Shown here one piece after another: positions 56,197 to 64,000 of a stretch of DNA of 64,000 bases (position 1 is its first letter; each line of letters opens with the position of its first letter). Under the pieces are notes generated by a model, which did not search any database, was not told the origin of the DNA, and saw only the letters and a list, made by a program, of their open reading frames with translations. The stretch spans positions 128,001 through 192,000 of IMG/VR virus record IMGVR_UViG_3300037067_019009; one strand, given 5' to 3'. Both the position numbers and the translations under genes were made by a program. The DNA comes from a virus. Taxonomy: Duplodnaviria; Caudoviricetes.

Positions 56197-56763
56197 ATGA
56201 AGGTACTAATAGACCCAGGTCATGGTGGAAAAGACTCCGGCGCCTTTAGCGCTGGGGTGGCAGAGGAAAACATAGTGTTGGAGTTTGCCGCAATGTTAGG
56301 GCACTTTTTAAGAGAGCAGGGAGTGAAAACGTCGTTCACTAGAACAGATGATAGATTCATCGAAGTGATGGATAGGGCCGATACTATCAGTGAGGGAGAT
56401 GTTCTTATCTCGTGTCATGTTAACTCGGCTGCTAATTCCTCTGCAAATGGGGTGTCTGTGTGGTATCACGGAGGACAAGCGGACTCCAAAGATTTGGCCA
56501 GTTCGGTGTTGACGGCTATTCTGAGTACAGGATTTTTAAGGAAATACAACGCTGGGGTCATAGCCGATACTACGAGATATCCAAAAGGTGGGTTTGGGGT
56601 GTTGCGAGAGGCTACAGAAAGACGGGCTGCCGGCGCCGTGTTGGTGGAGCTGGGATTTATATGCAATCCCAGTGACCGTAGAGTTATGACTGATTCTAGA
56701 AAGAGGAATCTTATGGCCATGGCTTCAGCTAAGGCCATTACGGACTGGATCACTAGCCGCTAG
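56197..56763 (+). CDS. N-acetylmuramoyl-L-alanine amidase (Amidase_3), endolysin
   Basis: IDPGHGGKDSGA, E, ISCHVNS, AVLVELGFI; no cell-wall-binding domain. Confidence 0.93.
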   Translation: MKVLIDPGHGGKDSGAFSAGVAEENIVLEFAAMLGHFLREQGVKTSFTRTDDRFIEVMDRADTISEGDVLISCHVNSAANSSANGVSVWYHGGQADSKDLASSVLTAILSTGFLRKYNAGVIADTTRYPKGGFGVLREATERRAAGAVLVELGFICNPSDRRVMTDSRKRNLMAMASAKAITDWITSR

Positions 56764-56789
56764 TTACATGAAGGGGAGGATACCATAAC

Positions 56790-57641
56790 TTGTTAAACTG
56801 TGAGGAAAGGGTGCTTTACAGTAATTATGGACGGGATGATGGGCATAGGATATACTGCTGCGATGCTTTTGCTTTTCTAAAACAAGAAGCGGCAGACACG
56901 CGCAAACTTAGAAGTTCTGGTAATGAGGTTGGCTACCGGACAATTGTAACCAGTCCACGTTACAATACTGGAAAGGCTTACGGTAGGATAAATGACCGTA
57001 CGTCTCGTGGAGTCTACCTGGAAGAGATGGAAAAAGCGGGAGAGCTACTTTACGAAGTAGCGGCTGACGATTGTGTTTTCTTCTTAAACGTGGGAGACGA
57101 TTCCGAGTGGCCAGACCGCAGTTGGCAGGTAATGAATGCTTACCGCTTTGCTGGCTGGGATCTAGTCCAGACTCTGGTCTGGACCAAGCATCAGTCGGGT
57201 AGGGGGCATTTTACCCCCATACTGGGAACCAAGCATGTTACTAGCGTGACTGAAAATATTTTTATCATGGTAAAGGATCTAAGATTCTACACACTGGATA
57301 GACTCGCAGTTGGTGTGGAGTACACGGACAAGAGCAACATAGACAGATTTAACGTTGGTCAGGATCTTAGGTGCAGGGGGAACTTGTGGTTTATTCCTTA
57401 CGAGACCACTGGCCGCTCTCACAAAAAGGGGCGCCCGGCCACGTTTCCGGTGAACCTTCCTAAGATGTGTATAAAACTAAATGGCTGCAAGTACCCGGTT
57501 CTTGATCCCTTTGCTGGGTCGCTGACGACCGCTGTAGCGTGTGAGGAGCTTGAGTTACCATATACAGTATTGGAGTCCTCAGAGCAGGCGGTAGAATTTG
57601 GCATCCAGAGGATACTTAAGGTGTCTAAGTATGGAGACTAA
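56790..57641 (+). CDS. DNA N4-cytosine/N6-adenine methyltransferase (beta-class motif order)
   Basis: VTSPRY before PATFP and VLDPFAGS.TT. Confidence 0.82.
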   Translation: MLNCEERVLYSNYGRDDGHRIYCCDAFAFLKQEAADTRKLRSSGNEVGYRTIVTSPRYNTGKAYGRINDRTSRGVYLEEMEKAGELLYEVAADDCVFFLNVGDDSEWPDRSWQVMNAYRFAGWDLVQTLVWTKHQSGRGHFTPILGTKHVTSVTENIFIMVKDLRFYTLDRLAVGVEYTDKSNIDRFNVGQDLRCRGNLWFIPYETTGRSHKKGRPATFPVNLPKMCIKLNGCKYPVLDPFAGSLTTAVACEELELPYTVLESSEQAVEFGIQRILKVSKYGD

Positions 57642-57951
57642 TTACGAAATAGAACAGATAGGGGGGGCCGAAAAAGAGATCTACCGAATAGAAACGGCGG
57701 CAGGTTCTATTTTTAACTGTGAGTTCAAGCCCACGCTTAGGGTAGTTGAGTGTGAAAGCAGCAGTGAATATGGAGATGTGTTCTTAGAGGGATGGGCAGT
57801 CTCCGTTGGAAGGCAGATAAGATTCGTAGGTATAGCCGCGACACCGGAAGTTGGGGGTCTGGTTACAGTGTCGGACTATCGACCGGTGGATGGGCAGGAT
57901 GACATGGAAAGGGATAGCGAATTAATAACGAATGTCAGGCGACTACGTTAG
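57631..57951 (+). CDS. Hypothetical protein
   Basis: Start re-called at ATG 57631. Confidence 0.55.
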   Translation: METNYEIEQIGGAEKEIYRIETAAGSIFNCEFKPTLRVVECESSSEYGDVFLEGWAVSVGRQIRFVGIAATPEVGGLVTVSDYRPVDGQDDMERDSELITNVRRLR

Positions 57952-58058
57952 AAAGGGACATAGTTAAAATAAAACCAACACACGAATATAATAACATCCC
58001 AGAAGAGTGGACTAGCCCATATGATTGGGCCTACTTCTGTAGACTGGACACGACAGAG

Positions 58059-58559
58059 GTGGGAGAGGCCGCGAGAGTGGCGAGAAAAGACGCGGAGTTT
58101 TTCAGAGGCACGGGCTATGCTTCGTATGCGTATAATTGTGGGCCTGTAGAAAAAGCGGGGGAGCAGGTTGTTCGTAGGTTTTTCGACTACTTTAGCATAC
58201 GATACACTAAGAACGGAGACCCCTACCTTCCCCCGTTTATAGTTAGTGGGCTTAATATAGATGTGCATACCAGGGCCTTAAAATTCAAAGAGCAGTACGA
58301 TCATTATGGACTAACCGGAGGAAATCTGAATATAGAGAGGTTTCCTGGAATAGTTCCAGAGTTGGGGTTGCTGCGGTCTGCCGACATCTATGTTTTCTGC
58401 GGATTTGATGTGTGCAGCTATGAGGGTTTTTTGTTTGGGTGGACGGACAGTGGGACTCTAGCTGAGGTGGAACTATCTACCGGGTGCAAATACCCCGCGA
58501 AATTTGTAAAGCTATCAAAACTTTATAGTCCCCATTCATTGTTAGATGAGTTATGTTAA
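58059..58559 (+). CDS. Hypothetical protein, possibly degenerate PD-(D/E)XK fold
   Basis: AGE..V..FF, IDVHT, YVFC, GW motifs. The frame is open upstream to an AGAAAGGG SD near 57950, so the start may be non-canonical. Confidence 0.5.
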   Translation: MGEAARVARKDAEFFRGTGYASYAYNCGPVEKAGEQVVRRFFDYFSIRYTKNGDPYLPPFIVSGLNIDVHTRALKFKEQYDHYGLTGGNLNIERFPGIVPELGLLRSADIYVFCGFDVCSYEGFLFGWTDSGTLAEVELSTGCKYPAKFVKLSKLYSPHSLLDELC

Positions 58560-58927
58560 GTTTGGTTCGGTCAGGTATAGTAAGGTATGGTTTAGTCATG
58601 GAGGTAAAAACAAAAATGGAAAACACCAGAGCAGCCACTAACGATTGTAATAAGACGGTAGACGTTCTTTATAATTACTACGTGAGTGCACACGAATTAT
58701 TGGGAGTACATGGCAGTACGCTAGAGGGGCGCATTAAAACTTTAGTTGAGATCATAATGCCCCCTGGGCAGCAACTAGATGCTCTCAAATCCCAACTAAC
58801 AGACACTCTGTGGAGAGCACTCAATGATATGCGAGAGACTCTCCATGGGATGTACACTCGTAGTTTGGACCAACTTGGTGTGGATGCGGGAAATGTTATT
58901 CCGCCATCAGGCCAAGGGGTAGGTTAA
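58553..58927 (+). CDS. Helical hypothetical protein
   Basis: Likely start ATG 58616 after GGAGGT SD. Confidence 0.6.
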   Translation: MLSLVRSGIVRYGLVMEVKTKMENTRAATNDCNKTVDVLYNYYVSAHELLGVHGSTLEGRIKTLVEIIMPPGQQLDALKSQLTDTLWRALNDMRETLHGMYTRSLDQLGVDAGNVIPPSGQGVG

Positions 58928-58966
58928 TTTAACTGACTCTGGCCGAACCAATTTCAGTAATATAGG

Positions 58967-59006
58967 ATAGCCGTGGTGGGGGTAACTTTGCCACGGCTGT
59001 ATTTTC
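58967..59006 (+). terminator. Terminator-like hairpin
   Basis: ATAGCCGTGG...CCACGGCTGT followed by ATTTTC. Confidence 0.6.
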
Positions 59007-59010
59007 AAAT

Positions 59011-62000
59011 ATGCCGATATATGATTACACAAGAGTATCAGTAGGAGATAAGGTTAGAGATAACCAGACGCTGGAAGAGGGCACTATTGTCGATATGCAG
59101 GCGATGGGCCAGTGGACAGTGCTGATTACCATCGTAGTGGGTCTCTCCGGGATACAGAAAAAGCTGCTGGTTCAAGTAGAAAGGCCTACGGGAATCGGAG
59201 GTTTAGCCACGACCTCTCCAATCTCCACTCTGGAAGTCAGGGCTGACGAGCTGGGTAAGGCCGGGCAGAAGGTTGTAGCTAAAGCTAAACCTGATAGCAT
59301 TACACCACAAGTTGCAGTAGAGGCTAGGGGCGCGGCGGGAGGGATAAGCCCAGCTAAGCTTGTAGGTAAGTCTAAGCTGGAAGAGCTTAGGCTTTATGTA
59401 GATAAGACTTATCTCGACAGGCGCATAAATGGGGTAGAGAAGGAAAAGATTCTCTCTCTCATGGACGATTTAGCGCGTCTTCCGAAGAGCAGACAGGAAA
59501 GCCTCTTACGAGAGATAATACACGGGCCTGACGAGTCTGGTGTTAAAGCCGCTATCAACTCGGCACTCGCCGAGGCAGGAAAGACTACTTACTCTGAAGA
59601 ATCTATCGCCACATTTGATTTGCTTGTGACCAGGCATAGTTCACTTATAGGAGCTGAGGCTGAGCATATAGCCTTTAAGTCGTCCATTGATATGGGCAAG
59701 CGTGCGAGTATGCTCGGCGGGTTGTCAATGGATTATACGGGCACAGCGGCTCCTATGATAAGGGATATATCCGAGGCCTTATCAGCAGGCGTGGATCCCA
59801 GGGATTTAGTTGAAGATCTGTTTCAGATTCATAGAGGTAACTTATCTCCCGGTAGGCTTGGTGAGCACACATCTGCTCTTGAGGGAGTCCTGTCCGGTGG
59901 TAGATGGTACGATCCATGGTGTATTCGCGATACGGCATGGGATTTAGCGTTAGAGCTGGAAGAAGCGTTTCCTGGACATACTAAGGTATATAGCCCTAAT
60001 GAATTTGCTGATGCTGAGTATGAGAAGAAGTTGTCCAGAGAAGGTGGCACACTTCAACCATTCTTTGAATCAAGGGCAGAGAATGCTACGCTGCGGTCTA
60101 TGCATCGGGCTGGTACTAGGCCGAGTGGTTTTCTCCCTACTGCTGGGGTGTCCGTAGCGCAGTACAACGAGGGTGTACTTGGTAAACTTATTAGCGGACA
60201 GCCTATGGTGGTTGAGCATGAAGGTCTGATGTTCAGAATTACTGGAGCCGCACAGCCGATAGTAGGTAAGGAGCCTTATCTTATAGGGGAGCTACTAAGC
60301 CGCGTGGATCCCAGCAAGGTCGGCATTATGACCGAGGTTTCCGTGGCCGGAGAGGCAGGAATCGGTACTGTGCATGAGCTACTATCTAGATTTGTAGGCG
60401 GAGAAGGCTACTCCGTTTGGGCCGAGTACTTGACGGGAAAAGATCCTATCTCTAACTTATCAGCTGCTATTGAGAACTTTGTTCCTAAGCCAGAAGATCC
60501 TAGGTTTGAGGAATTTTTATCTGCCTCTTATGGTGATGCAAGAGATCCTGAGGCTTTGTTCAGATCTAAGGTAATGTCGAAGATCAGGAAATCTGGCATA
60601 CCTCAGAGACTCCTTGAGGATGTAGATCTTCTTACTAGGGAACCTGTAATACTGTCCAGTATTTATGATGATGCCTTCGTGCTTTATTATAAAAAGGCAT
60701 TGGAAGAGGCTTACCGTACGCCAGGCCCAGTTGATTTAGGAGCCGTGTTTAATCGTGTATTCGAATCCAAAGAAACAGATGCCATAATATCTCTTCTGAC
60801 TCGTAGGGCTGTTATGGGACAGATTGACGTAGACGCCGATGTGTCTCTCTTCGCCGAGCTCACTAAGACTAACGAAGGATTTGAAGACTATCTTACTAGG
60901 GAAGCAGAGATGCAGCCCATTACAGGGGGCCGGCGGGACGACCCAGTATCGGAGCTTATGAAAAAGGCTTCTCCCGTGCAAGAAGGAATAGACTACAGAA
61001 AAATCCTTCTTGACATGGATCTACATGGGATTACGTTGACCGCGGAAGATATGACTGCGTCTATGTCGAAGAGCAGGTTCAACGAACTTCTTTTTCAAGG
61101 ATTGGCGAATGAGGCCGAATTCACTACTGTCAATGGCAAGCTGGTTTTGATCCCGAAAGATCTTCCATTATTTTTGAGGCGTTTATCAGAGATCGATACT
61201 CTTTCTGGTGGATCGATAGCTGAGGCATTTAAGCTTTCCTACACCACTATAAATGGTAAAGCTGTTCTGGCTGTTCCTGTTGTAAACGTAGAAACTGGTA
61301 CTGGGTATAAAGCCGCGGGGCATGCCTCCACTGGGGAAACTATATTGGAAGAACAACGAGGCAGGGGTCGACTTTTGATAAGCGGGGAGCCAGTAACAGT
61401 AGAGCTTCCATGGCATGCTGGATTAAAAGAGCGCCCTGTGTACAATACTTCTTATACGGCAATAGCCGGAGCCGCCGTGCCAGGAGAAGCTGCTCCGATC
61501 TATAAAGTAGCCGCGGGTTATATATCTAGCGCTACCACTCCTATCGAGTATACAGCCGAGATCCGCAGGCTGCTGGACGTTGTAGAAGGTAAGCAACGCA
61601 CCATTTTAGGAATAGACATCGAAGCCAGTATGGATCCCTATAGTTTTGGTAGAGTATGGGAGGCCGGGGTTCAGGCTTATACGAGAGAGGGAGAGGGTAA
61701 ATTCGCTACGGCGGGCGGTAAGTTATTCACTACTAGGTCTATTACCAAAGAAGAGGCTAGAGGCATGGAAGTGGTGCAAGTCGGTAGCGAGTCCGAGGTA
61801 ATAGAAAGAGTTTATAAGGAACTTCGAGGACATCCTGATGCCTACAGTCTGATTCATAATGAGGTGTACGATTTTCCACAGTTGGCTAAGAGGGCGGAAG
61901 CTCTCGGTATGCCCGAAGAGGTAGTGGGGTATTTCAAATCCCAGACCGCGGATAGAGTCATCGACACTATGCGCACGTCCACCCCACTGTGGAACCCCAA

Positions 62001-64000
62001 TCTGGAAAGCTACTCTCTAGAAAACGTAGCGAAGGCCGCGGGTGTGCGTGAGCTGGCGTGGGTGGAGGAGCATAGGGCTCCAGCTGACATCCAGACTATG
62101 GTAGATGTTTTTAATGAGCAGCTGTTTGGGAAAGGCAGGAAGGCCACCCTAGCTAATCTGCAATCTCTGGATTTATCTGAAGGCTTAGGAGGTCTTAGCC
62201 AAGAAGCCGTTGCCGGTAAGTACTACTGGAATCCAAGAATGGGTAGGCTCTATACATTTGGGATGGAAGTCGAAGGTGGAAGAGCTTTATACGCTCGTGT
62301 TCCTTTATATGATCCATCAATGGATCCTACATTGTCCCCCATAGCTATGCTTTTTGAGGAAGTGCATGGCTATCCGAACTTACCAAACGTGCCTTACGCG
62401 TATATAACACAGCCATGGGTGACAGGTAGGGAGCTATCGGCTAACTTCAAAGAGGTCACGGCGGAAGAGGGACGGGCTCTATCACAGCGCAAGGTGGAAG
62501 ACCTTGCCATGAAGCGAATACGCGAGATAGAGAACACGGGGTCTGGTGTTTCCGCTGAGCTGGAACGTATACGACTTGCCCATGAGTTCATAGAAGGTAA
62601 GTCAGCGTTGCTTACTCCAGAAGTCATGGACGTGGTACAGCAAGAGGTCGCGAGTAAGTTTCCCGGGATGCGGGAACGAGCTCCCGGTGGGCTGCTTGAT
62701 CAGGCATATAGAGAAGCGCTGGATAAGGCCATCTCTAAGAAGGCGGCGTTGTCATCGGACATGATTGACTGGGTGACACACTATGTACAAGATCCGAGGA
62801 TGCTTGACCAGCTCATGTGGATGGAGGAGAACTACTTCGGAAGTAGCACCTATAGAAATATTCTAGCCCCAGTATACAACGCGCTAGAAAATACTGAGTT
62901 GTCACCTCAAGATAGGAGCTATCTATCCAAAACCTTTTTCTCTAAGTTATCTGGCGTGACAAAGAGACCGGAACGTACGGTGGAAGTAGACCCAGCAAAC
63001 CGTAGGATAGCTTTTATGGTAGAGGAGTTCGGTGAGGCCGAGACTATACGGATAGGAGGCGCCGCGGAGGCCGCGTCGGACGTAGAAAGGGTAGCCAATA
63101 GATACGTTAAGACTACATCGTCCGAGCGCTTAGCCAGACTGTTGGAAGGGAAGCTTTCTCCGCGCCAATTGACGGACTTTCTTATTCATAGGAATATATC
63201 TATTCTTCCTAGGGCTGCTGCCGATGTGGTGATTTCTAGTATAAGAGACGTAGAAATTTTCGAATCTTTACGCCGCGGTCTTACTCCGTTCGCAAAAAAA
63301 ATTGGGGGCAGAAAACTTTATAATGCTTTCGCCGTTGGACCGGAAGAAACTTATGAAGAGCTCCTCAGGATAGGAAGCAAGGCCGACCTGACCAAGTCTC
63401 AGTTGTCTTTGCTTGAGGAAGCGGACTTCACTGATTATGGCGCTGATTGGTTAGCGGAAGCTGGTAAGACCGAAGAAGCCACGTCTGTCATGCGAGAGAT
63501 GCTCGAAGAGATTCACAACCCTAATGTGCCGTCTCCTATGGTGAGTGCCTCGGAGCGTACGGCCTTTCCATCTGGTGATCAAATACCTTACGCCCTCCGA
63601 GGCCGAAGAAGCCTAGAATCGGCCACAGAGGAAGCTATAAGAAGGCATCTTAGAGACAATCCAGACGATCCTACCGCCGCCATAAACGCCGCGAAACGAG
63701 AGATAATCAGGGCGGCCCACAAGGTGTACACTGATCCCAAAGCATTGTCTCTTTTCGATTCTACGGGACAAGAAGCCTTAGCGGGCCTACTAGGTATCCC
63801 AGCCCTTGAAAACGCCACCAGCATAAATGACATAGCAGATCTCGTCGTTCCTACCGGAAGGCATTCTGGAAGAAAGCTTGGAGACTTAACCAAAGCGGAC
63901 CTGCGAGACTTGGTAAGGTATGAGGGGCTCAGTGAGGAGTTCAGGGATACTATTCGCGGCTTCATAAAGGAACCTTCCGTAGAGATACCTTTTGAGCCTA
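59011..64000 (+). CDS. Giant protein (>1660 aa, truncated by the window edge, absent from ORF track) with a DEDDh 3'-5' exonuclease domain
   Basis: Frame appears open from ATG 59011 to the end. GIDIEAS (D at 61615), HNEVYDF (61855) and HRAPAD (62071) match ExoI, ExoII and ExoIII. Confidence 0.85.
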   Translation, partial: MPIYDYTRVSVGDKVRDNQTLEEGTIVDMQAMGQWTVLITIVVGLSGIQKKLLVQVERPTGIGGLATTSPISTLEVRADELGKAGQKVVAKAKPDSITPQVAVEARGAAGGISPAKLVGKSKLEELRLYVDKTYLDRRINGVEKEKILSLMDDLARLPKSRQESLLREIIHGPDESGVKAAINSALAEAGKTTYSEESIATFDLLVTRHSSLIGAEAEHIAFKSSIDMGKRASMLGGLSMDYTGTAAPMIRDISEALSAGVDPRDLVEDLFQIHRGNLSPGRLGEHTSALEGVLSGGRWYDPWCIRDTAWDLALELEEAFPGHTKVYSPNEFADAEYEKKLSREGGTLQPFFESRAENATLRSMHRAGTRPSGFLPTAGVSVAQYNEGVLGKLISGQPMVVEHEGLMFRITGAAQPIVGKEPYLIGELLSRVDPSKVGIMTEVSVAGEAGIGTVHELLSRFVGGEGYSVWAEYLTGKDPISNLSAAIENFVPKPEDPRFEEFLSASYGDARDPEALFRSKVMSKIRKSGIPQRLLEDVDLLTREPVILSSIYDDAFVLYYKKALEEAYRTPGPVDLGAVFNRVFESKETDAIISLLTRRAVMGQIDVDADVSLFAELTKTNEGFEDYLTREAEMQPITGGRRDDPVSELMKKASPVQEGIDYRKILLDMDLHGITLTAEDMTASMSKSRFNELLFQGLANEAEFTTVNGKLVLIPKDLPLFLRRLSEIDTLSGGSIAEAFKLSYTTINGKAVLAVPVVNVETGTGYKAAGHASTGETILEEQRGRGRLLISGEPVTVELPWHAGLKERPVYNTSYTAIAGAAVPGEAAPIYKVAAGYISSATTPIEYTAEIRRLLDVVEGKQRTILGIDIEASMDPYSFGRVWEAGVQAYTREGEGKFATAGGKLFTTRSITKEEARGMEVVQVGSESEVIERVYKELRGHPDAYSLIHNEVYDFPQLAKRAEALGMPEEVVGYFKSQTADRVIDTMRTSTPLWNPNLESYSLENVAKAAGVRELAWVEEHRAPADIQTMVDVFNEQLFGKGRKATLANLQSLDLSEGLGGLSQEAVAGKYYWNPRMGRLYTFGMEVEGGRALYARVPLYDPSMDPTLSPIAMLFEEVHGYPNLPNVPYAYITQPWVTGRELSANFKEVTAEEGRALSQRKVEDLAMKRIREIENTGSGVSAELERIRLAHEFIEGKSALLTPEVMDVVQQEVASKFPGMRERAPGGLLDQAYREALDKAISKKAALSSDMIDWVTHYVQDPRMLDQLMWMEENYFGSSTYRNILAPVYNALENTELSPQDRSYLSKTFFSKLSGVTKRPERTVEVDPANRRIAFMVEEFGEAETIRIGGAAEAASDVERVANRYVKTTSSERLARLLEGKLSPRQLTDFLIHRNISILPRAAADVVISSIRDVEIFESLRRGLTPFAKKIGGRKLYNAFAVGPEETYEELLRIGSKADLTKSQLSLLEEADFTDYGADWLAEAGKTEEATSVMREMLEEIHNPNVPSPMVSASERTAFPSGDQIPYALRGRRSLESATEEAIRRHLRDNPDDPTAAINAAKREIIRAAHKVYTDPKALSLFDSTGQEALAGLLGIPALENATSINDIADLVVPTGRHSGRKLGDLTKADLRDLVRYEGLSEEFRDTIRGFIKEPSVEIPFEP

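Overview
This 64-kb window is part of a large tailed dsDNA phage genome with a contractile tail (myovirus-like). There is no rRNA, tRNA or CRISPR array. Frequent TTG starts, strong AGAAAGGA/AGGAGG Shine-Dalgarno (SD) sites and a stand-alone Amidase_3 lysin hint at a Bacillota-like host, but this is only an inference. Layout: (1) 1-3656, leftward operon of small early-type genes, including several micro-ORFs missing from the ORF track; (2) a divergent control region, then ThyX, secreted, HTH and LmbU-like genes; (3) a ~14.5-kb, 17-gene sugar-nucleotide and glycosylation cluster (Nudix, Gmd, two Fcl-like paralogues, split transketolase, GT10, three SAM methyltransferases, HAD/cupin/NTP-transferase-kinase, six more GT-like genes); (4) a morphogenesis operon (TerS, TerL, portal, protease, scaffold, capsid, neck, two sheath-like and three tube-like genes, chaperones); (5) a 2101-aa protein at the tape-measure position with a PD-(D/E)XK nuclease and a degenerate SNase domain; (6) metallophosphoesterase, GT9-like protein, amidase and DNA methyltransferase; (7) a >1660-aa ORF with a DEDDh exonuclease domain that runs off the window. 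The best candidate for a new system is a phage-encoded pathway that makes a GDP-linked, probably branched and methylated deoxysugar and attaches it to the virion. All assignments come from motif recognition by eye; no searches were run.
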